Assembly: GCA_951406725.2 (NCBI GenBank)
Contig: OX597827.1
Span: forward strand, 61,318,001 to 61,382,000
DNA from: Octopus vulgaris
Lineage: Eukaryota
Length of the DNA stretch: 64,000 bases
Direction of reading: 5' to 3'
Of this stretch, positions 1-13,177 are shown piece after piece. The stretch's first letter is position 1. The number at the start of each line of letters is the position of its first letter. The notes under the pieces are model-generated. The model did no database searches, was not told the origin of the DNA, and saw nothing but the letters and a program-made list of their open reading frames with translations. Made by a program: the position numbers and the translations under genes.

Positions 1-919
1 GAAATGTAGATACCGACAGTATCAGGGCGTGTATAAGTCTTGAAAAACTTACAAAAATCGATTCTAGGTGAGAATGCGATCGATAAAGCCGTGGAAACGA
101 GCATTCGTACAAGCAAGTACATCAGCTGTTGCGATGTACTTACTGGTACTTTAAACTCTTCGGTTGCATATTTGTGTGACTAAAATTGTTTTTCTTTGGA
201 ATAGAAAAAAAATCTATCTTTATTTCTTCTTTTGCTGGTGTCTTAAATTTAGGTTAAATCAGTGTTTCTCAAAGGGGAGGCCTATGGGACGGTCAGACAA
301 GTTGTTTTGAGAAAATTTGGTTTAAATGCTTGACAACTTAGCACCGTCCATTGGACGGGGTCGTTTTGCTCGTATATATATATATATATATACATTTCAT
401 CATTAATGGGTGAATGAATGAATGGACATATATATGTATGTGTGTATCTGCATGTATGTTTGTGTATGTAAGCATGCTCATATGTGTATGCATATACATG
501 TATTTATGTTTGTGTGAAAGACACTTCATGTAGTAAACAAGAAAACAGAAAAAACTTGGATTTCAATATGTTTTTCAAACAATTTTCTTTTGTTACTTTT
601 CCTGTAAATTAGAGAAATTTCTCCGGGACCAGAAAAATTGGCTTTTGTGAAAAATATTTTTTTTAAATGTAAGAAAAAAAAAAAAGCCAATAAAAAAGTT
701 GTTAAAGAAACTTCATTAAAAAAAAAAAAACAGACAAACACTGTGGCTAAAAACACAATGAAAGCTAAAACAGAAATAAGATTATATTAATAGAAAACAA
801 TAACAAAAAGCATACGAGAATAATCTAGAAAAAAAAAGGGGGGGATATATGCAAAAAATATAGAGCAGTTCAGCATTTGGAATATATACATATACATGCA
901 CATACATGCATATACACAC

Positions 920-985
<66 letters not shown>

Positions 986-1367
986 GCATATATATTTAAA
1001 CACAAGCACATAAGCATATATACATAGGTACACACACAGAAGAGCATATATGCATATGCACACAAATATTTTTTTACACACACATACACACATTCTATTC
1101 TCTCTATAATGACACTGAACAGAGCTAGCTTCATTTTTGACAAGACAACTACATTTTACGTAGTATGGAGCTGAATTCAAAGCATATGGACTTAATAAAG
1201 TTTACACCAAGTCTATACATTGGACCTATAAGACAGCTGAAATTATACCTGTATAAAATGAAAATGTATGGGTTTCATAACATATTGGAAAATATTTGCT
1301 TTTTATAATTAATATTATAATTATAGCATTGGTATGGCTTACAATGTCTAGATAGATGGCAAGTCCG

Positions 1368-1412
<45 letters not shown>

Positions 1413-2855
1413 TAGTAAAAACAATAAAGAATGGAGTTAGTGATATTAATTTAATACATTGTTTAGAATCATATTGCCAATTTATATTTTAACCAATCTT
1501 GTATCTTGTTCATTAACATGTCAGCAATTATTGATTTAGTCTTATTCTTTGAGTAAAATGTTCTTTCTTGGTGTATAAAGGAATTGATTCCTCAGAACAT
1601 TAGTGCCTGACTGGCCCTTGTGCCGGTGGAATGTAAAAGCACTCACTACACTCTCAGGATTGTTGGTGTTAGGAAGGGCATCCAGCTGTAGAAACTCTGC
1701 CAGATCAGATTGGAGCCTGTTGCCGCCATCTGGTTCGCCAGTCCTCAGTCAAATTGTCCAACCCATGCTAGCATGGAAAGTAGACATTAAACGATGATGA
1801 TGATGATGATATATATATATATATATATATATTGTTACTATTATGCAAAAGTGTCATAAGTCCAAAAAGTTGTTTTTTCAGAAAACGAAAAAATAGTTTC
1901 ACCCTTCCATTTCTTTTTACATTAGCAACAGTTTCAGCTTAACAATAATACTTTGTTGGGTGCATTAAATCATAACTCCATGCATGTATGATATTTTCAG
2001 TCAGAAATTTTCCATAAGGGCAGCAATTTTGGGGAAGGGGATGAGTCGATTACATTGACCCCCAGTGTGTAACTGGTACTTATTTTATCGATCCCTAAAG
2101 AATGAAAGGCAAAGTTGACCTTGGTGGAATTTGAACTCAGAATGTAAAGACAGATGAAATGCCACTAAGCATTTTGCCCGGCATGCTAATGATTCTACCA
2201 GTTCACTGCCTTAATACTAATATTACTACTACTACTAATAAATAAGTAAATATACAGATATATATACAGATATATATGGTCCAGGCATTACTTTACACAC
2301 GCAAGGCTTTTATATAGCATTACATGACGCTACAGCATGTTCTTTTTTGACTTTTTGTTGTTTTTTTTTAATGTGACAATATCTTTGAGCAGCCAATGCA
2401 AAGCGAAATAAATAATAAAGAAAAAAACACAAATAATCAAAACTGCAAGACATTGAGATAGCAATATTAGTAAACAATTATATATATAACAAACAAAAAA
2501 AACATTAAAAAAAATTAATTGTTTTCAAGACAAACAGCCAGATTGATAGAACAGGTATTATTTTGCTCATAAATAGAAGTGTGTATATACATACATATAG
2601 TATATAATATTATATATCTATATCTATATCTATATATATATAAATATTTAATATGCAGGCTCTCCATCGCCTGCAATTATGAGGATTCTAGTTGATTCGA
2701 TCAACAGAACAGCCTGCTTGTGAAATTAATGTGCAAGTGGCTGAGCACTCCACAGACATGCATACCCTTAATATAGTTCTTAAGGAGATTCAGCAAGACA
2801 CAGGATGTGACAAGGATGTACAATTTATCTTTCGTCAGCTGACACTGGATATTTA

Positions 2856-2904
<49 letters not shown>

Positions 2905-2912
2905 AATATATA

Positions 2913-3081
2913 TCACTAGCCACTACACAATCTTTATTTTCTTTCCTTGTTTCTTTCTGCGTTCCTTGCTGCAGAAGACCGTAGGCTCGAAACGTTAAAG
3001 ACTTTTTCACTTCCTAAGTGTTATACATCTGTTTCTTGTCTACACCACCTGTCTTCGTCTTTTGCTTTTTTTGTAAATTCT

Positions 3082-3086
<5 letters not shown>
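2913..3086 (+). mobile_element. ~180-bp (TA)n-flanked element with a decayed minimal hammerhead; second copy ~8225-8415, tail-only copy ~43985-44035
   Basis: 2965-3000 cttg-CTGCAGA-A-GACC-gtag-GCTC-GAAACGTT-aaag versus 8287-8322 cttt-CTGTTGA-A-GTGC-gtag-TCTT-GAAATGTA-aaag. Shared 3' tail (cctgtcttcgtc...taaatt) ends in (TA)n. Confidence 0.6.
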
Positions 3087-3123
<37 letters not shown>

Positions 3124-3962
3124 AAAAAAGGTTATAGGCCACTAGCCATTAAGGTCTGATGAGATGTAGGCTAAGCTAAGCACTTTATGGATGCAAAACC
3201 CTGGGTAATCCTATGAACCAGCCATAACTACCTTTCTCTAAATATATATATATATATATATATGAAATCTTCTATCTCCATGGTGTGACAAATGTGTGTT
3301 TACTAAAAATACAAGCTTATAAAATTTACTGTATCATTAAATTACTTATTTTTAATCCATTATAGTAATATTATTATAATTAATAATATACAATTAATTT
3401 TGATTTTTTCTGTTCTTTTTTATTTTATTTCTCTCCTCAGATTTCAATTGAATATTAAGGTTTAAGTTTGAAAAGATGACAAAGTTGAATGTGATAGTTA
3501 GATAGATAGACAAATAAAAAGAGAGAGAGAGAGAGAGAGACGACTGGGAGAGAGAACCATACAGCATACACAGAAAAGTATACGAAACAAATGATAATGT
3601 ATGTATATATATGTATGATTGCATATATATATATATATATGCATACACACACAAAGAAGGATAGAAAAAGATGAGCATAAAAGAAACTGTGAGGAGAGCA
3701 ATGTAGAAAAGACAGTCGAAGAAAACAGGCAAAAATGTAAAAAAAAAGAAAAAGAAAAAAGAAAACTGAAAGTAAGATAAGAAAGACAAAGACATAAGAC
3801 GTATTTTGAAAGACTTGAAATAAATGAAGAGATTGGAAACGAAGTATTAAGTTTTGTATGTGTGTTAAGAAGGAAGTTAAAAGATGTTTTGAAAAATAAG
3901 ATGTGGTTGGCAAGACTGGTTTGGTAGCAGTAATAATTATCTGAATTATTTGATTTGATAAC

Positions 3963-4057
<95 letters not shown>

Positions 4058-4257
4058 GTGTGATTTGGAAGAGGGAACCTCTTGTCCTCTTTTGTTTCAT
4101 CTGGAGGACTTCAGTAAAGCAGCAAAGTAGTAGCAAAAACTAAAGTTTAAATGTACACACACACACACACATAGATAGATACAAGTTATGTTTGGTGGCC
4201 TTGATGACAAGAGGTAGACAGACAACCCTTCTACAGGTAAAAGCTATTTTTAGTCCT

Positions 4258-4744
4258 TGGTACCCCAACTCAGAATGCCTTACTTCCCTGGGCATGGATG
4301 CATTGAAACTCCGACATCTGGCAGCTGACTTGGCAGACACCCATGAAATTATTAACCATATTACAAACAATAACTCTAAGCACCTTTTCAAACTCCACCT
4401 GTCTAACACCCGTGGACATGTTTACAAAGTCAGAAAACAGCACAGCTCCCATGACTTTCGGAAACATTTTTTAACGCTAAGAGTTGCTGAAGCATGGAAC
4501 AAACTGCCAGAATCATTTGTTAGTTGTTGGAGCACTGCATCCTACAAAACTTTTATGCTTCCTGAGATTTGTCAACACTACACCTGATTTTCCCCCCTCC
4601 ATTCACACACAAGCATGTATCTGACTCATACACTGTTCACTTCTCAGACATTTCTACATTACTGCATATGCTTTATACGCACTTTTGACAAGTTGTGGTG
4701 TACCTGAGCACTGTATACAATAATTTCATTATTATTATTATTAT
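4258..4744 (+). mobile_element. CR1-clade LINE 3' fragment with (ATT)n tail
   Basis: LGMDALKLRHLAADL...TRGHVYKV...RKHFLTLRVAEAWNKLP, the CR1 ORF2 C-terminal signature. Confidence 0.88.
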
Positions 4745-6593
4745 GCTAAGGGGTGAAATGCTAGTAATCCTCAGATACCTGCTGATGACGTGGAAGTGGT
4801 TTTGACATTGTGATGGCTTTAGTCACTACCAACAGAAGAGTTTACAATACCACTGAATAGCTTTTGCAGATTTCTTTGTGGAATAAGACATCACTGCTGT
4901 TTATTTTACCTATTTAATTTGTCTACCTCTGAATGGTACTTGACAAATTTTGGTGCCAAATGAACTGGAACCTTTTGAGAACTGAAAGCTCCTTTTACAA
5001 ATGGATGCAACAGCAATGCCACAATGATATCATGAGGCCAGAAATGGTATGTAGAAAGGAACCTCTTGAGTGGTTTCATCCAGTTAGCCCAATATAGCAT
5101 ACTCGCATCACCCTGTATTAATTAACTTGCTTCAGTTATGATGCTGCTCAGAGATTTAATGGTTTAGAGCAAAAGACACAGATGGAAATTAATGAAATAA
5201 TTAACATATTTGCCAGTTTGTAAGACACACCCCTTTTTTACAAGTATATTTTGGAGGGGGTGGGACAAAACAAACTAATTTAGCGTTTTATCATAAACTT
5301 ATTGAAAGATATTTTAAAGTGATTTTGTCGGAGAATTTTATGATTTTATGGATGACAGTACACTGGAAGAAAGTATGGAACCATAAAGGTATCATAAAAA
5401 AACTACATTATAGGTCTACCATTTTTCGGCTTTGTCTTCATTCAAATCAGCTGTATAGTTACTTATATTTTGATCAATAGAATTACAATAGAGGATATAA
5501 AACTTGTATCTATGGCTACCACACTTAGTGATACTGCAATCAGCCATCAGGGTGGTGCACCACTGCTATGATTTTGTTGTCATTCATCTACTATCAGCAA
5601 ATAGTTGGTAGCGGATGAAAGTTTAATGTTTTCCTCTTTCTGGGAGAATTTTCATTTATTTTATTAAAAGACATTTCTAAAAAGCAACACAATCATTAAA
5701 TAATGCGTCTGTTATGTATGCTGAGGAACGAGGCATAAGGAGAGTATATAACATCTTCACATAACTGCCAATGTTACTATAAGTAATATTTTGTAGGTTT
5801 GTGCTAAGTTAGCGACACTTTGGTTTGTTTCAATATTTCATTTAGTGACAACTATTGGACTTAGCAGACTTAAGCTTATCTGGCTTCCTAGTTCATGATG
5901 TTCAGTCTCCCAATAATAAGGCAACTACATTTGACATACTCTTTTACTTGTTTCAGTCATTTGACTGTGGCCATGCTGGAGCACCGCCTTTAGTCGAGCA
6001 AATCAACCCCAGGACTTATTCTTTGTAAGCCTAGTACTTATTCTATTGCTGTCTTTTGCTGAACCGCTAAGTAACATAGACGTAAACGCAGCAGCATCGG
6101 TTGTCAAGCGATGTTGGGGGGACAAACACAGACACACAAACATATACACACACGTACAAACGTACACACACACATATATATATATATACATTTATACGAC
6201 GGGCTTCTTTCAGTTTCTGTCTACCAAATCCACTCACAAGGCTTTGGTTGGCCCGAGACTATAGTAGAAGACACTTGCCCAAGGTGGCACGCAGTGGGAC
6301 TGAACTGGGAACCATGTGGTTGGTAAGCAAGCTACTTACCACACAGCCACTCCTACGCCTTAAATCTCTTATCTCTTACTTGTTTCAGTTACTAAACTAT
6401 GGCCATACTGGGGCACCACCTGGAAGAATATTTAGCTGTGTGAAACAACCCTAGTACTACTTTTTTAAGGCTGGTAATTATTCTATCAGTCTCTTTAGAC
6501 AAACTGCTTAGTTATGGGGACGTAAACAAACCAACACCAGTTGTCAAGCAGTAGTGGGAGTCATGAAGCCAGGCATGCACATGCACACACACA

Positions 6594-6625
<32 letters not shown>

Positions 6626-7426
6626 GAGAAACACACACAAGCATGCGCACAAAACAAGCTTCTTTCAGTTTTCATCAACCAAATCTACTTACAAGGTTTT
6701 GGTTAACCTAAGGCTATAATTGCCACCAGGATGCGATGCAGTGGGACTGAACTCAGAACTAGTTGGAAAGCATACTTTTTACTACATAGCCACGCCTGCA
6801 CCTCCACACAGCTGGCAAGTATGGTAATTACTTAATTGGTTAATTAAACAAAAAAAGATATACAAAAATAAAATAGAACAAAGGCTAACATATTGATATA
6901 GCTGGTAAATGACATTATAAATATAAATTTGAAGCAGAAAAAAAAACCTCAACAAATCCTCACTGATAGGAGATGAACCACATGGACTGCTTGTTGTTAA
7001 TACAGTCACCTTCAAAGTAATATGTCTATAGTTCAATTCCTACCAGTGGGCATGTTATGACTGTTTATTTTATTTTCCTTTGTTTTTTGCGGGGTTTTTT
7101 TCTGTTTCAAATTGGTATTTATACCACGAGAGGAAAGGAGTGATGATTATGAGAACAGGATTGGAGAAAATCAAGGGAATTGAGGAAAGGAATTGAGAGA
7201 AATTTTCAGAAGACTAAATAAATGATCAAGAAACAAGATTATCAACTAGAGATGTGTATCACAATATCCTGGAATTCTATAATTTTATAAATTCTCCAAT
7301 TTAAAAATGAACACAACATTTTTCAAGAAATGTCAGAAATATCTACAATTTTCTAATTTATGTATGTATATATTATATATATATATATACATATATATAT
7401 ACATACATATATATACATATATATAC

Positions 7427-7502
<76 letters not shown>

Positions 7503-7806
7503 CATATACACACACACATATATATACATACACATACATTCTATACATTAGAAATAATTATATATGTATAAATTATTTATAATGATGTATATAATGTGTG
7601 TATGTATATATATATATATATATATAAAGTCCAGAGTTATCCCTTTTACTCTACCGATGTATCTATCTTTCTATCTGTTTTTCTCTCCAATTCAAAAATT
7701 CAAAACATGTCATATTGAACTCTGGTGGCATTCTGCTGACTTGTTTTGCATCAAAAGCAGAGCTACCTCAGTGGTGCTGTGTTTTGAAATTTTTCCTCTC
7801 GGTAAG

Positions 7807-7861
7807 TCGTGCTGAAGAGAGTTGAGGCACATGGGCCAAAACTTGAAACCATGGTAGACAA
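7807..7861 (+). ncRNA. Type I hammerhead motif, intact core, weakened stem I
   Basis: CTGAAGA at 7812-18. Stem II GAGTT..GGC/GCC..AACTT. GAAA, perfect palindrome ACCATGGT then A (GUA). Stem I has mismatches, including G-G at the first position. Confidence 0.7.
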
Positions 7862-8744
7862 ATATCTGAATGGCACTATCTTTTTAATGGTATGCTTTTA
7901 ATTCTATTCTTTAACCTTTCACCTGCTTACTGTTGTTCTCTGTCATATCTTCAGTGCTTTTTGATGATTTATGGGTTTTTTTACTCCTATTTCTAAATAT
8001 GTTAGATGCCCCATTTGTCCTTATGATTAGAGCTAATTTTAATTTTATAGCTATTTGATGCTATTTGATACCTGTAATCATCTTCATTATTGTTATTATT
8101 ATCAATCCATTATATTTACTGCAGATAATATTAACAATGATAATGTCTTTATGAACATTCACATCTGAATATTCACTCCTTATATATATATATATATATA
8201 TATATATTATCTTTAGTTGATATATATGGACCACTGAATTCTACATGTTTTTTTTTCATTTTCTCTCTATTTATTTCCTCATATTCCTTTCTGTTGAAGT
8301 GCGTAGTCTTGAAATGTAAAAGACTTTTCCATTTTTCCTGAGCATCAAACTAATACACTTGCTTGTTGTTCCTATACCTTTCTTCGTCTTAGATTTTTAT
8401 ATAAATTTGAACTATATATATATGTAAAACAGAATTCAACTTTATGGAGAGCCATCTCCACAATGATGAATTCTAGCATCATTTTCAATCTAATAAAGTT
8501 ACATATAAAACTTACACATCTCTGATGATTTGACATGAAGTTTTGATTATGTAATTTATGTTATATAAGTGAAACTAATCTTATGTTAAAGAAACATATG
8601 CAAAATAGCATAAATAAATTTCTTATAAGCAATCTCTCATCTTTTGTTTTGTTTTCTTAATTATATATGTGTGTGTCTATATGTGTATATATAAATCTGA
8701 GTGTCCTATTCAGGATTACACAGTTTCCATAGAGTAAGTAATAG

Positions 8745-8897
8745 TATTAATAATGATAAGGTGAACAGAGGTTTTCCAGATCTATAATTTTATTAAACAG
8801 TTATTTACAGTTTTCTTTTTTTTCTTTGACCCAAAAATTCTATAAATAACTGTTTAATAAAATTATAGATGTGAAAAATCTGTTCTCCTTATCATTA

Positions 8898-8903
<6 letters not shown>
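8745..8903. repeat. Inverted repeat (~65-bp arms) ending in (TA)n
   Basis: TATTAATAATGATAAGG...ATCTATAATTTTATTAAACAGTTATTTA pairs with TAAATAACTGTTTAATAAAATTATAGAT...CCTTATCATTATTAATA. Confidence 0.88.
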
Positions 8904-8965
<62 letters not shown>

Positions 8966-8980
8966 GACATATCTATATGG

Positions 8981-9022
<42 letters not shown>

Positions 9023-9345
9023 CACTCATAATGTATGTCAGGTCACATTCAGCCCAACATCACCACCATTCCCCAATGTTAGCTCCATTTTGAGGGGTAG
9101 CCCTCACTCCACTTCAGTTGTACTTGTAGTATACCTATGAGAGGGTATATGTAAATAGGGTAACTAGCTTCTGATGACCTCTACTGGTGAAAAAGCTCCA
9201 GACCCAACCTGACATGTTGGGCTCATTGTGTTTTTGACTGCTCTGTCGAAATCACAATCAGCCTCAAACAAAATCCTTAATACAACATCTCTAGCTGAGT
9301 TACTTGCTCAAGATTACAAGCTCACAGTTTAAAAAAGCCTCTTAC

Positions 9346-9366
9346 AATAGTTCTGTTTAGCCAACT
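9346..9366 (-). CDS. Candidate 21-nt in-frame microexon (SWLNRTI), or start of an alternative terminal exon
   Basis: Long polypyrimidine tract + cag|AGTTGGCTAAACAGAACTATT|gtaaga. Read-through gives SWLNRTIVRGFFKL*. Confidence 0.3.
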
Positions 9367-9621
9367 CTGAAAAAAGAAAAAAAAAAAGAAACAAGAGAGA
9401 AATTTTTTTTAAAACCAGTATAAACGTAGATTCGTGTTTTGATGGGCACTAAAATTATTGGGTTGAGAGGATTGATGAAGAAGAGTCCAGGAACAGAGAT
9501 GGTGATGGTGACAACAAAGGAAAAATCAACTGAAAATAGAGTAACCACAATGAGAAGCAAGCCACTAATTAACTGATTCGCTCAGCATATACATCTCTCT
9601 CTCTCTCTCTTTATATATATA

Positions 9622-9890
9622 TATACATTAGAAGAAATAAGGTACTCAGAAATCTTGATGGTTTTACATTTACAGATTTTTATTAATATGTCACATGTTT
9701 TTATAAATAATATATTAGCACTTGCATCTACTCTAGTAGATTCAAATCTAGTAGAAACAAATCTGAAGAATCTACCAGAGTAGATGCAAGCGCTAATATA
9801 GGATTTATAAAAAACATGTGACATATTAATAAAAATCTGTAAATGTAAAACCATCCAGGTTTCTGAGTACCTTATTTCTTCTAATATATA
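9622..9890. repeat. Long inverted repeat (~120-bp arms, ~24-nt spacer) next to (TA)n
   Basis: ATTAGAAGAAATAAGGTACTCAGAAA...GTAGATTC pairs with GAATCTAC...TTTCTGAGTACCTTATTTCTTCTAAT. Confidence 0.9.
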
Positions 9891-10730
9891 ATACCTGTAC
9901 ATCACCTCCAAACTAATTAATATATATATATATATGGTTCTGGGTTCAGTCCCACAGTGGGCAAGAATCTTCTACTATACATTCAGACCAAACAAAGCCT
10001 TGTGAGTGGGTTTTGTAAATAGAAACTGAAAAAAATCTGTGTGTGTGTGTTTACACATACACGAGGGGGGTTGTTGAAAGAAAATACTGGAGGACCAGTT
10101 AATTATAATATTATTCAACATAATCTCTCAGAATCACACACTTATTGCAGTGGTCCTTCAGTTTTTCTAAACCCCGTAAAAGAACTCAGAATGTTGGGCC
10201 TCCACCAGGCCTTTCATGATGCCCTTAAATCCAGGAACTTTTCAGCAACCCTTTGTGTGTGTGTGTATATATATATATATAAATGTGTGAGCAAGTGTGT
10301 GCGTGCATGTGTACCTATATGTCTGTGTTTGTCATCCACTACCACTTGACAATTGGTGTTGATGTGTTTATGTCCTTGTTACTTAGCAATTTGGATAAAG
10401 AGACTGATAGAATAAGTACCAGGTTTAAAAATAAAAATAAGCACAGGGGTTGATTTGTATGACTAAAATTCTTCAAAGGACTGCCCCAGCATGGCCACAG
10501 TCTATTGACTGAAACTCACAAAAGATAAAAGGTAGAGACTGAGAAAAGAACAAGCAAAGGGAAAGAGAAAGGAAAAAGAAGTCAAGAAAAAAAGGAGAAT
10601 GCAGAAAAGGGAGAGAATAAAAGTATATTTATTTATGTCACTTCAATATGGCTGTTCTGACTGTCTTAAAAACATAACTGAGAAATTATAATTAATACAT
10701 TTGGACATGCAGCAAGAAGAAAGTACTTAC

Positions 10731-10745
10731 TTCTTCATCCTCCGG
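10731..10745 (-). CDS. Candidate 15-nt in-frame microexon (PEDEE) of the epimerase gene
   Basis: ttataatttacag|CCGGAGGATGAAGAA|gtaagt. Phase 0 to 0, with TGCATG about 20 nt downstream. Confidence 0.5.
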
Positions 10746-10808
10746 CTGTAAATTATAACATAAAATGATGTGATTGTTGTTAAAAATTATTGTAGTCTTC
10801 ATCAACAT

Positions 10809-10840
<32 letters not shown>

Positions 10841-10926
10841 CATACATGCATCTGTATATATTTATATGTGTATATACATATATATACATATATATAGATA
10901 TGTATTTGCAAGTGTGTGTGTATGTG

Positions 10927-10966
<40 letters not shown>

Positions 10967-11100
10967 CATACATGTACATACATACATATGTATGTATGTA
11001 TGCATATGGAGAAAAGAAATATATTATTAAAATACCAAACCAGTTTCAACAATTTTTTGACCACTCTTTGTTTATCAATTGTAAATAAAAAAAGGCACAA

Positions 11101-11132
<32 letters not shown>

Positions 11133-11577
11133 TTTTTTTTATTTACAATTGATAAACAAAAAATTGTCAAAAAATTATATATATATATCAGGCTGAGTAA
11201 AAAGTAAGCAACGTTTTGAAATATGAAATTCATCACAATACATTTCAACAATACAGAAATTTTATTCATTAAAGTAAGTACTATTACAATTATGTTACTA
11301 AATTCTTTGTTATATTTAAAGTAATTGAAAGAAACACAGAACATCTCAAAAAAAAATACAGTAACAAAAGGGTTAATTATTAACCCGGGGGTGAAGGATG
11401 AAGAGACATTACACAGATGGGTTTCTTATAGCATGGAAGCACACACAGAAATAGGTTAAATGAAAAGTAGTGATGAGATACACAATAAGTGTGTATGTAT
11501 ATGAAACACTCATTATCACTATGGACTCTGTGTGGGCAGTCATCTAAAATTTTCGTTCGTCATGATGCTGACATAAG

Positions 11578-11676
11578 TTCCTTGTCTTTCCTGATGAGAA
11601 GACGGCATAATGCACCCTTTATTCCTTCAGAATTAAGAATATGCAGTCTTCGAAACATATGTCGAGAATAAAGGAA
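11578..11676 (+). ncRNA. Type I hammerhead ribozyme, complete fold, predicted GUC cleavage after 11663
   Basis: CTGATGA at 11591-97. Stem II GAAGACgGCATA/TATGCaGTCTTC. GAAA at 11652-55. Palindromic stem III ACATATGT then C. Stem I TTCCTTgtcTTTC/GAGAataAAGGAA (4 bp + 3x3 loop + 6 bp). Confidence 0.85.
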
Positions 11677-11863
11677 TTTTGTTAAATCGTTGTTCGACTC
11701 CATTCTTTCATTTATCTATAGTAAAAAAACACACAAATTTCCACACGAAAGCACGTGATTTCTGCCTTTGGCATGTAGCTTCAACCGTGCTTTCTGATGT
11801 AAATTTGCTACCCGGGTATCGGTTAACCGAATTATCCATACTAGGATAATTCATTCAACTACT

Positions 11864-11914
<51 letters not shown>

Positions 11915-12032
11915 TATATCATATATATGTATATAAGTAAATGTAGGGATAATCAAGTTAGATAAGTATATAAAGTATATTAAATACATGAAAAACAAAA
12001 AATGTATATATATGTATACACACACACACACA

Positions 12033-12073
<41 letters not shown>

Positions 12074-12213
12074 CATATATTTCATGTATTTAATATACTT
12101 TATATGTTGATCAGTCTAACTTGCTTATTTACATCTATACCTGCTCAAGTTTAAACCTCTTGAGCACTAGTAGGTGTATTCTATATGGAGAATAACCGGA
12201 TCTCATCTATGAA

Positions 12214-12299
<86 letters not shown>

Positions 12300-12363
12300 G
12301 AGAGAGGTGGAAGGTGATAGAGAGGGAGTTAGCAAGGGATTAAGAATGAATGGTATAGCTTAC

Positions 12364-12477
12364 CTTATCAGCTGAGTACATTTGGCTACTTGAGGCCTCG
12401 ATATAGATTTTGACATTGCGTTTCGCTGCTTCTCTGGCACAGTTGAGACTAAGCTTCACAATTCCCTCCTGGTAAAC
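12364..12477 (-). CDS. Coding exon: VYQEGIVKLSLNCAREAAKRNVKIYIEASSSQMYSADK
   Basis: tcctcatctag|GTTTAC...GATAAG|gtaagc. 114 nt, phase 0 to 0. Includes the SDR S-S-x-x-x-Y segment. The remaining exons were not found in 1-12363. Confidence 0.93.
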
Positions 12478-13177
12478 CTAGATGAGGATAACAACATGAT
12501 GAGAAAAGTCTTATAGACAGACATGCAACTTATCATGCTCTGCAGTTGGGTAAGAGAAATTTAGTGTCCTGCTTTGTGAGGATTAGTAACACAATGATAA
12601 GACATACTTATTATAAATTCCCCCTGTAAGCAAGTAGAATTTATTGTCCTGCTTTATTTGGATAACAAAATATCTGAAATGAATTGCCAACAAAACATTT
12701 ACTTCTTAATTGCCTCATATATATATATACATACATATATATATATATACCATACGAGTGAGATCGTTGCCAGAGCAACAAGCTGGCATGTTAAAAAACA
12801 CCATTCGAGTGTGATCGTTACTTGCATCACCTTACTAGCACCTGTGCTGGTGGCACGTGAAAAACATTCAAAGCAAGGTGGTTGCCAGTGCCACTGGCCT
12901 GGCTCCTGTGCAGGTGACACATAAAAAACACCATCTGAGCGTGCCTATTGCCAGTACTGCCTGACTGACCCTTGTGCCGGTGGCACATAAAAGCACCCAC
13001 TACACTCTCAGAGTGGTTGGCAATAGGAAGGGCATCCAGCTGTAGAAACTTTGCCAGATCAGATTGGAGTCTGGTGCAGCCACCTGGTTCACCAGACCTC
13101 AGTCAAATCGTCCAACCCATGCTAGCATGGAAAGCGGATGTTAAACGATGGGGATGATGATATATATATTTTATACA

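Noticed and set aside
1-372. CpG-richer segment ending at (TA)n, possibly a DNA transposon end
   Set aside because: The partner terminus would be outside the window and I found no second copy, so it cannot be supported.
4745-5115. ORF 4906-5100 as the next epimerase exon; IPADDVEVVFD on + as a MULE transposase trace
   Set aside because: It does not resemble the expected continuation (PWT...K...RPxxVYG). The transposase similarity is too short to call.
8515-8595. CTGATGA...GAAAC...GTT possible hammerhead
   Set aside because: Stem II does not close at the core, and stems I and III are poor. At best it is a heavily decayed copy.
9165-9205. CTGATGA-CC...GG-TGAAA motif
   Set aside because: The register is off by one and there is no convincing stem I or NUH site.
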